DNA from: an uncultured Planctomycetota bacterium
Lineage (GTDB): Bacteria > Planctomycetota > Planctomycetia > Isosphaerales > Isosphaeraceae
DNA length: 64,000 nucleotides
Direction of reading: 5' to 3'
NCBI GenBank assembly: GCA_963823665.1
Contig: CAWGMQ010000005.1
Location: forward strand, 1,504,001-1,568,000
The notes under the pieces are model-generated. The model worked only from the letters and a program-made list of their open reading frames with translations. It made no database searches and was not told the DNA's origin. Positions 20,766 to 32,819 of the stretch are shown here, piece after piece. The translations under genes were made by a program, and so were the position numbers. The stretch's first letter is position 1. Each line of letters opens with the position of its first letter.

Positions 20766-23700
20766 TCATTTCTGTGCCGCCCCGCGTTCCTGGTTTTCGG
20801 GACCACTTCGGAAACCTGTGGACTGAATCAGTGCTACCGCCTCGCGGCGCAGGACGTGCGCTTCCAGCCAGTTGTGAAAATGCAGCCCTAGCTCCTCTTC
20901 AGCGCTGGCTGGCATCCCATCACCGTACTGATCGAGCCACGCCCGGGCCTTCTCCAGCCAGCGACGCGCCTCCTCGGCCTTCCCGAGGCGCTGATTGGTC
21001 AGGGCCAGCCACAGCCAGTTGAGCACCGCACGGCCCGGCCTGGAGTCGGCCTGGAGGCTCTGCTCGAAGAAGGGGACCGCCTGCTGGAACCGGCCGGCGC
21101 GGTAAGCCAGGGCTCCTTGCTCGTTCAGCGACCAGAACGCTCGACCGGAGTTCTTGAGTTCGTTCTCGGCCAGCCGGCCGGGTAGCGAGACATCCGCAAC
21201 GGCGTCCGGGGCCAGCGTGCACGCGCGGACCATGATGTACGACCGCGGCCCCTTGTCCTTGCCACACCGGTCCACAAGGTGGGCACACGCCTTCACGTAG
21301 CCCGGGCGATCGCCAGACAGCAGCAACAAGGCAGCGTACTCAAACCAGAAGTCGCCCTCGTCCGCGGGGACGTGTTTCAGGGCCCGCGCGTAACAGTCGG
21401 CGGCCTTGGCCCAGTCTCGGCGTGCGGCGACCACACGGCCCAGCCCCAGCGGGTCCACGGCGACTTGCGCCGCCACGTCCGCCCAGAGGCGCTGCCAGTG
21501 CTCACGCTCGGCTTCGGGCAACTTCGCGAGCGCATCCCGGTCACGCACGGTGGCGAGAGCGGGATCCGTTTGCCAGGTAGAGAGCGACCACTCCACCGCC
21601 TTACCGTCCTTGAGCAGCTCGGCCGTCAGTTCGATATTGGCCCGCAGCCAGTCGAGAGCCCGCCCGCGCAGGCCGACTCGTTCCGCCTCGTCAACTCTTC
21701 GCTGCCGATTGTCATCGCCGCCCGCAGCCCGGACTGCGGCGCAGACGGCGTCGTATCGGCAGGAGAAGAGCCAGCGTCGGGCGACAGCGAGGTTGGGGTC
21801 GCGCCCGACAACTTGCTCGAAGTGGCCGATGGCCTCATCCAGCCGGCCCTTGTCCCGCAGGACGAGCCCGAGGCTCAAGTGGGCCTGGACAGACTTGGGG
21901 TCGAGCCGGATGGCTTGTTCGTAGTGGCTCATGCCCTCGTCCGGCCGACCCTTCTGGACCAAAGCAACCCCGAGGTAGATGTGCGGAACAGCCGAGTTCG
22001 GGTCGAGGCGGACGGCTTTCTGAAGATGGTCGATGGCTTCATCCAGCCGGCCCTTGCGGCGTAGAGCATTGCCGAGTTCATTGCGTGCCCTGGGTGAGTT
22101 AGGCTCGAGGCGGACGGCTTCCAGAAGATGATCGATCGCCTCATCAAGCCGGCCCTTGTCCCGCAGGACAATTCCAAGGTTGGAGTGAGCGAGCGCTAGC
22201 TTCGGATCGAGGCGGATGGCGACCTGAAATTGGTCGATGGCATCGTCCGGCCGGCCCTTGGCGTTCAGAGCAGCGCCCAAGGTGGTGTGTGCCCGGGCAG
22301 ACTCCTTCGGGTCGAGCCGGATGGCTTCCTCGCAATGGCTGATGGCATCGTCGAGCCGGCCCTTGATGTACAGAGCCTCGCCCAGGCCGGTGTGTGCCCT
22401 GGCCGACCCACTCGGATCCAGCCGCGTGGCTTCCTGAAATTCGTCGATGGCCTCGTCCAGCCGGCCCTTCATTCGCAGGGCAGACGCGAGGCTCGTGTGT
22501 GTTTCGGCCGACCGCTGTGGGCGCAGCCGGATCGCTTCGCGGAAATGGTCGATGGCCTCGTCCAGCCGGCCCTTCGTTCCCAGGGCAGAGCCGAGGTCAT
22601 GATGGGCCGCGGCATAGTCGGGGGCGATGCTCAGGGCTTGCTGAATATAGCCGGTGGCCTCGTCCACACGTCCCATGAGAAAAAGGGAGGCGCCAACGCC
22701 GCGGTAGGCCGGGGCGGCATCGGGTCGAACCGCCATCGCCGCACGGAAATAGCCGAGCGCTTCGTCGCTCCGCCCAGACCCCCAGAAGGCCCAGCCCAAC
22801 TGAAAGTTGAGCCAGAAGTCCTGCGGGTGACGCGCATGCGCTGCGGTCAGCAGCGGCACGGCTTCTTGGTGGTTCTGGTGCAGAATCCTGCCCAGGGTGA
22901 GCGCCAACTGCGCGGATAGCTCACCATCTCGCGCCTTCTCAACGAGTCTTGCCTCCTGGACGAGCTTCGTCAATTCGGGACCGTTCCCCCACAACTCTGG
23001 CTGGCGCAGCCGGTCGCGTAGGGTGTGTGGGTCTGTCGCGCGGGCGACGGCGAGCAGCCACCGCCGCCGCGCCGGATCCGCGGTGGCGCCGGCCCAGTCG
23101 TCGAGGGCGGCGATGATGTCCGCGCGCACCGCGGAGTCCCGCACCCGAGCCGCCACCGCCGCGCTGTCGTCTCCCGGCTGGCCCAGCCCCGCGTTCGCGA
23201 AAGCCGCTGCGTAGAGCGGATCGGCCCAGCCGACCTCGAACCTTCCTTTCACGGGGGAATTCGTCTGTAGGCGCGCATTGTCCAATATCTCAACCAATTC
23301 CAGGTCGGCCCGCGCCTGATCGACCTGCCTGCGCAAGTCGTCCGGCCCCGCCGGTTGCAGCCGCTGCCGGGCCTGCTCCAGCAGCTTCCGCGCTTCGCGG
23401 AAGTGGAACCCTTTGCGCAGATTCGCGGCCTGATCAACGTCCGTGCTGACCTGGTTGCGCAGGTGGGCCGCATCGGCACGCCGCTCGGCACGTTGCTGGA
23501 GGAACGATACCCCACCAGCGAGAGTCAGTCCGATTAGCGCCAGGCGCTGTTGCCAACAGCGCGGCGGCCGGCGGGTTGCGCCGGCCCCAGCGCCATAATC
23601 GTTCTGCATGGCCGACGGGCCTTGCCTCGATCGGCCGTCCCTCGCCGAAGCGCTGTAGGTCGTCGGCCAGCGCCCTTGAGCTGACGTAGCGACGCCCCGG

Positions 23701-24675
23701 CTCCTTGGACAGGCATTTCAGGCAAATCGTCTCGAGGTCGCGCGGTACTTTCGGGTTCAGTCGCGAGGGGGAGACGGGCTCCTCATGGATCACCTGCCGC
23801 TCCGTTTCCGAACCCGTCTCGCCCCGGAACGGTGGCCTCCCGGTGAGCATCTCATACAGCAGAGCGCCCAGGGCGTAGATATCCGTCGCCGGCCCGATCG
23901 TGCCCGCGTTCCCGATCACCTGCTCGGGGGCCATGTAGCTGGGAGTCCCGATCCGTGCACCGCTCATGGTAAGACCCGGCTCGCCGTCGAAGTGCCGCGC
24001 CACCCCGAAATCGGCGACCTTGGGTGTGCCCTCAGCCGTGAGCAGGATGTTGGCCGGCTTCAGATCGCGGTGCACGATCCCGCCCCGGTGCGCCACCTGC
24101 ACCGCCTCGGCCAGCGTGGCCACCAGCGTGGCCGCCTGGTGGGCCGGCTGCGGCGTGCCGGCCAGGGCCTGGGCCAGGCTGCCCCCCTCGAGCAGCTCCA
24201 TGGTGAAGTACGGCCACCCCTGGTGGTCTCCCACGTCGTGGACCTGCACGATGTTGGCGTGGTGCAGGCTGGCCGCCGCTTCCGCTTCGCGCTGGAACCG
24301 CGCAAGCTCGTGCGGCCCGGCGTAGGCGCCGGTGATCAGCATCTTGAGGGCGACGAGGCGTTTGAGCCGGAGTTGCCGGGCCTTAAAGACCAGACCCATG
24401 CCCCCGCGCCCGAGAAGGGCCTCCACCTCATAGCCCGGGATCTGCGGCAGCTCATCGCCCGAATGGCACGGAACGCGGGTCTCGGCGCCCGGGCCGGCGG
24501 CGGGCCCCGGGACCAGAAACAGTGCATGGAGGTCCGCCTCGACTGCGCACATCTGTAGCCAGCGCCGGCGGACCTCGGGCAGCAGCTCGGGGCAGGCGGC
24601 GCAGACCTGCTCCGGAGTACACCCGCAGTCGCAGAGCTCGTCGAGTAGCTGTTCCACCTGCAAATCGACAGCCAT
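20766..24675 (-). CDS. Serine/threonine kinase with TPR array (frameshift near 23545)
   Basis: LGRGGMG, VALK, HRDLKPANILL, DFG and GTPSYMAPEQ; about ten GRLDEAI TPR units follow in the next frame. Confidence 0.9.
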
Positions 24676-24958
24676 GACTGGGCTCCTCGAGGCGGCTGTG
24701 TGCCAGGACTCCGAAAGAGAACCTACTTCCTGCCGGGAAATGCTACTCATCTAAGCGTCGGGCCAGGTCATCGAATTTCCACCAGTGGCTGTAATGGTTG
24801 GACAGGACGAACACCGGGCGCGCGGTGCGGTCGAGTTCGGCGCATGCCGCTGGTTGGTGCTCAGCTTGAACAGGGGCGGCCAGCCGTGGGCTGATGAAAC
24901 GCGGGCCGTATTGGCGAATTTCGAGGTGCACAATTCGGCGTTTTCTGTTGCGCGACTG

Positions 24959-25050
24959 TTTTGTGATGGCGGCCGCCGGGACGGCCCCCCCCTTGCCCCC
25001 CCTTCTAAAGGGGGGGAAACTTGGCGCAAGATTTCCGCCGCGAAATCTCC
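24959..25050. repeat. GC hairpin dispersed repeat (C-run/G-run palindrome)
   Basis: TTTTGTGATGGCGGCCGCCGGGACGGCCCCCC..GGGGGGGAAACTTGGCG, nearly identical to 47930-48020. Confidence 0.85.
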
Positions 25051-25273
25051 GGTCCCTCCGGTGCGTATTCTCAACGGCCCGGGACAGCCGGACCGAGGCC
25101 CTTGGCCGCCCGAGGAGCGATCCAGCCACGAACGGCACCGCGGCGTTCAGAGGCGTTCGCGCTCTCATGGTGGCGTCTCCGCACGCTGTGCGACGGTGTG
25201 GTTTCTCTGGATATTTTCAGGCATCATCACGCCCAATTCCAGGTGGTCGCCCCGGACCGCACCCTCCAAAGCC

Positions 25274-25514
25274 TTGAGGAGCTCATCGCCTTTTATCGAC
25301 GGGGATTGGTGCAGAAAGCAGGCGCATGGAAGGAAGCAGTGGCGCGAGGCGTCCGAGCGTCGGTGGACGATGCCGGGGCAGATGCTGATCATGCCGCGTG
25401 GTCTTGCGGACGACCCTGACGCGGTGGTTGTTCGTGCAGACTGGGTTCTCGCGGGCGGGCATCAATCAGATGACGTGTGACGCGAACGAGGTTTTTGGTT
25501 CCTGGCACCTTTTC
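25274..25514 (+). repeat. Diverged ~240-bp repeat (gene remnant), copy 2
   Basis: Homologous to 14550-14789. Confidence 0.85.
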
Positions 25515-25682
25515 TTCAGTCGATCGTAACACAGCCTCACTGTCCTGCCTCGCAAGATGGCAAGAAAGCGACTAGCGCGGCCGCCTTCACCTGGAATCAA
25601 CCCCGTGTCGCGCGCACAATCGAAGTCGCTCGACCTGCCGAAATCGGGCGAGTGAAATCTTGGGGTTCCAGGAGTTATCGCA

Positions 25683-26638
25683 ATGCTTCCCACTCTCTCG
25701 CGCCGCGAGCTCTTCGGTGGCTTGATCGGAACGGGCCTGGCCCTCACAATCTCCCGCGACGGCGCGGCTGATCTTGCGCGGTGCGCAAGTTCACTGTGGA
25801 TCTGGTCTGCGGCAATATCGGCGTCTCCGCGCGGCTTCCGGAAGCCATCGCGCTCGCACACCGATACGGGTTCGAATCAGTCGCGCCTGAAGCTGGGTAC
25901 TTGAAGTCGCTCTCCGAGAATCAACTTTCCCAGCTCCGCGCGGACCTCACGAGCAACAAACTGGTCTGGGGAGCGGCCGGCCTTGCCGTCGACTTCCGCG
26001 GCACAGAGTCGTCGTTCCAGGATGGCCTGCGCGGCTTGGCGGATAATGCCAAGGCGCTCGAGCGCGCCGGCGTCTCGCGCATGGGCACCTGGATCTCGCC
26101 GGGCCACAATGGTCTGACGTATTTGAGCAACTTCGAGCAGCACACTTCCCGATTGCGCGAGATCGCCAAATCGCTCGGGGACCATGGAATCCGGCTCGGG
26201 CTGGAATACGTCGGCCCGAAAACATCGTGGTCCGCGACGAGATACCCCTTCATCCACACGATGGCAGAGATGCGCGAACTGATCGCCGCGATCGACCAGC
26301 CGAATGTCGGCCTGCTACTCGATAGCTGGCACTGGTACACAGCCCACGAAACCGAGGCCGATCTGCTGAGACTCAAGGGCGCCGAAGTCGTGGCCTGCGA
26401 CCTCAACGACGCGCCCGCCGGCATTCGCATCGACGAGCAGAAGGACAATACGCGCGACCTTCCGTGCGCGACCGGGGTCATCGATCTGAAAGCGTTCCTC
26501 AGCGCGCTGGTCAAGATCGGCTACGACGGCCCCGTGCGCGCCGAGCCGTTCAAAGCCGATCTGCGGCGTCTTTCGGCAGACGAGGCCGTGGACCGAACCG
26601 CCAAAGCAATGAAGCGGGCGATCGAGCTTCTTCACTAG
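25683..26638 (+). CDS. Sugar phosphate isomerase/epimerase (xylose isomerase-like TIM barrel) with Tat signal; frameshift near 25780
   Basis: LSRRELFG signal in one frame; LGLEYVG, LLLDSWHWY and GYDGPVRAEPF in the next. Confidence 0.85.
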
Positions 26639-26676
26639 AGGCATGGCGGGATATCGAAATCTCGCGATCCGCGCAG

Positions 26677-27498
26677 TCAGGCTCGCCGTTTGCGCGATTT
26701 GAGCACAGCCGCCGCCCATTCGGCTTGTTCCGGCCTCAAGCGTGGGACTATTGGGTCCTTGCCGTACGCGACCTCACGTGCATAGGGACCGGCCTCATAG
26801 GCTCGCTGAAAGATTTCCTGAAGATCGAGTCGCACGTCCGGATCGCCAGGCAAGAGGGGGATCGCGATCTCGGGAAGCGGATCCGCCAAACCGATCGGAT
26901 AGACGAGGAAATCCTTAGGTCGATCGAAGCGATGGATCGACACGAAATAGTCAAACCGGCCGGCCTTTGCCTCGACCAGTTGCCTGGGAACGGCCGCGGT
27001 GTGCGTTCCGCCCCGGAGCAGGTCGATTTCGACCAGGTGAGTGTCGCTCTCGAGAGTCTCACGCTGCTTGTCCAGGAATTTGGCCCGTCCCGCGTTACCG
27101 GCCTGCTTGTTGGACGGACTCAGGATCTCGATCGAGGTGACGATCTGCACCTCCTTGCCCCGTCGCCGCCGGATATTGACGAATGACTCCTTGAACGGCC
27201 CGTGTTCGACCGTCTCAACCGTTACAACCAAGGGGCCACCCTCGCCGAGCTCGGCGACAGCCCCCCTGCCCTTCGTCCTCGTCCGAGGCTTCCGCGCGGA
27301 ATGGACAACCTGGACGTCGGGCTCGATGAACCTCTGGGAGAACTCCAGCCAGACACGCTGGTCTGACTGAGCATAGTACGGCCTGGGCAAGCTGCCCTGA
27401 AGCGTTTCCTTCATGAGGAAAATAAGGCTGCCATGCAGGTCAGGGAACCAGTCCGGACTCTCCAGGTAGGGGTCCATGCCCGGGAAAGGTGAAGGCAT
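26677..27498 (-). CDS. DUF4058 family protein
   Basis: MPSPFPGMDPYLE start, IEILSPSNK, HLVEIDLLRGG. Confidence 0.9.
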   Translation of the reverse strand: MPSPFPGMDPYLESPDWFPDLHGSLIFLMKETLQGSLPRPYYAQSDQRVWLEFSQRFIEPDVQVVHSARKPRTRTKGRGAVAELGEGGPLVVTVETVEHGPFKESFVNIRRRRGKEVQIVTSIEILSPSNKQAGNAGRAKFLDKQRETLESDTHLVEIDLLRGGTHTAAVPRQLVEAKAGRFDYFVSIHRFDRPKDFLVYPIGLADPLPEIAIPLLPGDPDVRLDLQEIFQRAYEAGPYAREVAYGKDPIVPRLRPEQAEWAAAVLKSRKRRA

Positions 27499-27646
27499 CG
27501 CGCGGCTCCGTGTGAGTATCGGTCTGGCGTCATTTTCATTCTCGCCGGGGCCCGGCGCGCGGTCAAGAAATGCCAGGGCTCGACCGACGGCGAACTGTGG
27601 TTGGCAGCTCGCGAGAGAAGCTCGCCGTTTGCTCCGATCCACGTCG

Positions 27647-27822
27647 TCACGGCCGCTTCCAGTCGCCTCGGAACTTGCGGTAGTCGGTCTGCACGTAACC
27701 GATCTCGGCGAGCCGCACCCCGGACGCCTCGTAATCAGCCGGGTCCGCCGGGAGCGAGGTCCCGAGACCGTCCACATATCGGTTGAACATGCAGAAGGCA
27801 GCAGCGATCAGGACCGTATGTC
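27647..27822 (-). pseudogene. C-terminal remnant of an AhpD/carboxymuconolactone decarboxylase-family protein
   Basis: HTVLIAAAFCMFNRYVDGLGT..LAEIGY; N-terminus absent. Confidence 0.7.
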
Positions 27823-27919
27823 GAAATGACCAGCGGCCGTGCGGCGTTTCTCTGCCGCGCGTGTGGGCCGCGAACGGACGGATTTGGGGGCCGTGACAGA
27901 AAGGGTGGGTGTCTGGATT

Positions 27920-28084
27920 CCATATCGGATCGAGCACGGCATCCCGAGGGACCAAGCTTACAACGGGACGATGTACCTGATGGCGGGTCTTCTCATCGTA
28001 GGCCTGATCTGCAACCTGTCCGTCCGCGCCGTCGATGAAAGATACCATCACCAGAAAACCGCGCCTCTTGATCAGCTTGGATAG
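27920..28084 (+). pseudogene. C-terminal remnant of an OFA-family MFS transporter
   Basis: G.PRDQAYNGTMYLMAGLLIVGLICNLSVRAVDERYH, last TM helix only. Confidence 0.7.
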
Positions 28085-28124
28085 AGGATTAAACCACGAC
28101 CGAGACTCGAGCCGGAAGGATATC

Positions 28125-28316
28125 ATGGTTCGCACCGAAAAGAAGTCTTCGCCGCTTCTGATCGCGGTATCCTGGATGATCGTGCTCATCCCGCTGGGAT
28201 GGGGAGTCGTTCAAAGCGTGGTCAAGTCGTTGCCGCTGTTCCAGGCGCCGAGCGCTAAAGACCATCAGGCCCCAACGTCGCAGGTCAGGCGGGGCGCGGC
28301 CGATGGCCTCGAGTAG
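28125..28316 (+). CDS. Small membrane protein typically following OFA-family MFS genes
   Basis: LIAVSWMIVLIPLGWGVVQSV..LPLF; AAGGA RBS. Confidence 0.65.
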   Translation: MVRTEKKSSPLLIAVSWMIVLIPLGWGVVQSVVKSLPLFQAPSAKDHQAPTSQVRRGAADGLE

Positions 28317-28439
28317 GTCTGCGGCGAACACCAGGAGAGTCGCGGTGAACAGGCCGGCGGCCCAGGCGTCGGAGGCGTTCCGCACGGCGGCGATAGCCAC
28401 TCCCATGGTGGCGACCGCATCCAGCAAATGCGTCACGGC

Positions 28440-28491
28440 AGCTCCGGCTCTGCCGGACGGGATTGGTTACTCGCAGGGTTCCAATAGAAGG
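28440..28491 (-). mobile_element. Second group II intron domain I remnant
   Basis: CCGGCTCTGCCGGACGGGATTGGTTAC.CGC.GGGTTCCAAT shared with ~12628-12670. Confidence 0.5.
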
Positions 28492-29036
28492 CCCCGCGGC
28501 GCGACGAGGACCCACGCCGGGGCGACGTCGCTCGGGCGAGAATCGGATCAGGGCGACGGTGGCGCGGAAGCGCACCGTCAAGGGTAAGGCCAGGGGTTAT
28601 CGAAGAATAGGACGGCGGATTCGCCTCGCTGTCCTGCCTCGCAAGATCGGGAAGGACGCGCTCGGTTGTGGCGGGGACATGATTGCCCGGAGTGCAAGTC
28701 GGGCGCGGTGGGCATGGTGGCGATGCGTGATCCCGGCGCAATGCACGTCCTTTCCGCTCCGTATCGAGACGGATCAGAATTTGTGAGGACGACCTTCTTT
28801 CCGATCCAGGAATCGGACCGGACCGTTTCCCGCCAGTCGGTCGGCAGCATGACCGCATTCCCAGCGGCAGGCTCCACGAGAGTGATGACTGCCGCCATCG
28901 ATCACCATCTCCTTTTCAGGCTGTTCGCGATCAAGAACGGGCTGATCGGGCAGGACCTGCTCGTGCTCGCCCTTGCCGGAAATTGGCTGCGAACAATCCA
29001 GCCGTCACCCGCAGTCAGCTGTGTCTTGGTCTTAGC

Positions 29037-29567
29037 CTATGTCGCAGTGCCTGTCGTTTCCGCTTCCCGGGCGATGTTCTGATGATCCATCATCGCCAGG
29101 GCCTGGCGCTCAGCCTCGAATCGCGCAACAACCTGACCGGTGTCCATGCCCGGCTTGATGACCTTGAGCGCGACCCGCCGGCGAACCGGCTGGGTTTGCT
29201 CAGCCATGAACACCGCGCCCATGCCCCCTTCACCGATCTTCTGAAGCAGCTTGTACGGTCCGATCGTTGTTCCCGGCCCTTCGGCAATCGCCGGCCGGTC
29301 CAAGCTAACGGTCAAGCCGCCGTTCGGCTCGGGCGTTTGATCGACCGTGGCATCATGCACGGAACCCGCCGGCGCTGACGGCCCCTTCGCCGCGGATCCG
29401 AGAAACCCACCGGCCTCGTCGTGAGCTTTCAACAGCGATTCCAACTGGCCGCGAAAGGTCGCGTCCGCTCCGCAAGCCTCATCAAGATACGCCGAACGCT
29501 CGGCTCCGGCCGCATGCTCGAGCGCCTCACAGAAGATCGCCTTCAGGTCGGGTTCGGCTGTATTCAT
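29037..29567 (-). pseudogene. Truncated Ser/Thr kinase (N-lobe only), paralogue of the upstream kinase
   Basis: [34 protein letters not shown], then homology ends. Confidence 0.85.
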
Positions 29568-29641
29568 GGGAATCACCGGACCTCGGATTCGTTGGGTAGG
29601 GGTCGGTCAGAGCGGGTGGGTCGTTCCCGAGGAACCTCGAA

Positions 29642-32600
29642 TTAGGGCTTCGCCCCCAACTCGAGCAACAACTTCTTGAAGTCCTCTCGCGTACGCAGAA
29701 CGTCGAGGTCTTTGTCCTCTTTCATATGCGCCGCGTCCTTGTAGCCGGCAGCAACGGCTTTCGTGAGGCGGGACATCGCCCGGTCGGCTTCCTCCTCGGC
29801 CAGCCGGGCCGCATCCGCGGCCGGAATCTTCGGGTCTTGCTTGATCACGGCGGCGGTGATGGCGCGGAAACAGGCGGCGTTGTACAGACTTACTGAATCA
29901 GTGCCGGTCAGCTCTTCCCATAGCTCCGCGGCCTGTCGGCAGCCAGCGGCGTTCCTGGCCTTCGCGAAGTGCTGCAACCGGAGGATGATCATTTCAGCTA
30001 AGCTTTGCGCAGCAAGACCCTTGACTACCTGGTCTTGGAACAACGATGGAGGTTCGGTGAGCAACCGGACTGCTTTGTCCAGGTGCCCTGACGCTTCGTC
30101 CCAGCGATCCCGACTTTCCAGCGCTGTCGCCAGACTTTTGGTGAAGTCCGCCAGCCGCCACCGGCGAACACCTGGGTGCGGGTAATCAGTCGGTAACTGG
30201 TCCATGAGCAAAACGGCTTCCCTGAGTGCCAGGATCGCGTCGTCGGGTCGTTTAAGGTCGGCAAGGAGCAGACCGACGGCCTTCTGGTTCCTGGCGAGCA
30301 TGTGTCGAAACCGTACGTTACTTGGGAAATCCTGCATGAGCTGACGCAGCAGACGGCTCGCCTCTTCGCGCAGCGGAAGCCCTTCCGACGGCCGATTCCG
30401 CCTGTGCAGAAAGCCGCCATAATTGAAAAGGCCATTCGCAAGCTGATGTCGTCTCGAGGGATCCTTTGGCTCTGCGTCGAAAAGCTGACGATCGATCGCG
30501 ACGGACTCACGATGGGCTGCTTCTGCTTCTTTCGAGCGCCTGGCGCGGTCAAGTCGGATTGCCGAATTGCCCAAGGCCATGGACAGCGACGTTTGATAGT
30601 CGACCACCTTTGGATGCTCTCGGACCAAATCGCGAAGCTCGCGGATCGCTTCATCGAAGTGGTCTTCTCCAAAGTCCTCACCGTATAGCAAAACGTCGGC
30701 GCAGCAGCGAGCGCGCTTCCGGTTCCTTTGGGAAGTCACTCACCAGTTGCTCGGCCAGTCGTTCCGCCTCGTGATAATCCCGAGTGGCTGTTGCCGTGTC
30801 ATGAACTCGCCACTCAAAATAGGCTAACCGGCTTGTGCTGTTTACTAGTGCCGATCGGAAACCGAAGATTTTCGGCGATTCCGTGGCGAGTTGGGTGTAG
30901 ATGTCCTTCGCTTGGCGGAGAGACTTGACGGTTTCGCCCAGATTCCCCGATTCGAACTGCACCGACGCCAGTTTCATGAAGGTCCGGCCGCTCTCCGCTC
31001 GCGTCGTCGGATCAACTCCCAGTTGAGGCGCGAATTGCTGGTAAAACGGGATCGCCGATTCCAGAAGCCGCTTTCGAAGACTCGTGAAGTCCGTTCGATC
31101 TTTAAGGTCGGCATCGTCGGTGACCCGCGTGAGATAGTCTTCCACGGCTTTCCGAGCCAGCGCAAAGTTCTTGTCGGCTCGGTTTTTCTCGACGATGGCC
31201 CGGTCTCGCTCCGCGCGGGCCTCGTCATCCGCGGCGCGCGCCCGGTCACGGTCTTTAATGGCAACACTCTCGGCCGCGGTCGCGCGCACCGCTTGCCGAA
31301 TCGCGACCGCCGTTCCGACCAACAGAGCCAGCGCAACCGCCGCCGTGGTCAGAACCGCCGCCCGATTCCGATGCGCGAATTTGCGAATCTTGTATACGGT
31401 CGACGGGGGCCTGGCCAGGATGGCCTCGCTGCGCAGGTAGCGTTCGATGTCCTCTGCGAAGTTACCGGGCGTGACGTAGCGACGGTTTCGGTCCTTCTCC
31501 ATCGCCTTCATCACCAACCAGTCCAGATCGCCGGCCAAGAGCTGCACCAGCTTCTTGACGTCCAGTCCACGGTTGCCGGCCAGCACCGTGGCTGAGTCAC
31601 CCATCGAAGATAACCGGGTGCTCGGCCGTGGCGCTTCCTCTTCCCGGATGAGGCGCTGCATCTCTGCGTAGCCTGCTTCGCGCAGTCGCTTGCTCTCGAG
31701 CGGAGTCGTGCCCGTCAGCAACTCGTAAAGCAGCACGCCCAGTGCATAGACGTCGCTGCGCGTGTCGATGTCCAGTCCGCTCATTTCCGCCTGCTCGGGG
31801 CTCATGTAGGCTGGCGTGCCAATCATCTGCCCGTAGGCGGTGAACAACGTCCGCTCGGTCAACTTCTGCACCGTCGCCTTGGCGACGCCGAAGTCAATCA
31901 CCTTCACAACCGGCACCCCATCGTGCAGCGTGACCATGACGTTCGACGGCTTGATATCTCGGTGGATGACCCCTTTGTGATGGGCGTGCTGGATCGCATG
32001 GCAAACGTCGACGAACAACTTGAGACGGCCCTCCGGCGGCAAGTGATTCTTGTCGCAGAACTCCGTGATCGGAATGCCCTTGACCAGTTCCATGACGAAG
32101 TAAGGGCGCCCGGAGTTGGTAGCCCCCGCGTCAAGCACCTTGGCGATGTTCGGGTGGTCCATCAAGGCCAGCGCCTGCCGCTCCGACTCGAACCGGGCGA
32201 TCACTTGGGCAGTGTCCATACCAGGCTTGATGATCTTGAGCGCGATGATCCTGCGCACCGGCCGTTCCTGCTCCGCCATGTAGACGACGCCGAACCCACC
32301 TTCGCCGATCTGCTGCAGCAACTTGTATGGGCCGATTATCGTGCCCGGGCCCTCGGTGACCGCGCGCTGGTTGCCGTGGCCATTGGGACCGAGCTTGGGC
32401 TCATCCGAGTAATCCGAGGTTGCAGCGTCTTTCACGTAAGCCAGCGCGATCGCCGGGTCCTTTACCGACGATCCGAGAAATCCCCCGGCCTCGTCGTGAG
32501 CCATCAAGAGCGACTCTACCTTGAGCCGAAGCGTCGCGTTCTCGCCGCACGCCCGATCGAGAAACGCCGAACGCTCCGGACCGGCGGTGTGATTGAGCGC

Positions 32601-32642
32601 CTCGCAGAAAATCCCCTTCAGGGCAGCTTCCGCCGGATTCAT
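29642..32642 (-). CDS. Serine/threonine kinase with helical/TPR C-terminus (frameshift near 30700)
   Basis: [18 protein letters not shown] and [11 protein letters not shown]-terminal [19 protein letters not shown] in the second ORF. Confidence 0.9.
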
Positions 32643-32683
32643 TAGCGCCGTCCTCTGCTCGAAGTTGCCTATTCAGCTTTTCG

Positions 32684-32742
32684 CCCCGAAGGGGCATCAA
32701 CATATCAGCCCAGGGCAACGCCCTGGGGGGGCATGGCCCTGG
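32684..32742. repeat. Palindromic REP-like element
   Basis: GCCCCGAAGGGGC and AGCCCAGGGCAACGCCCTGGG hairpins between the ECF and kinase genes. Confidence 0.65.
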
Positions 32743-32819
32743 GAATCCGGGGCGGACCGAACGTTCCTACCCAAACATGCTCCGTCCGGCCCAGGATTCC
32801 GACAAGAAAAATCGCCCGT

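Noticed and set aside
21800..22720. Diversity-generating retroelement TR/VR
   Set aside because: No reverse transcriptase in the window and the differences are not confined to adenines.
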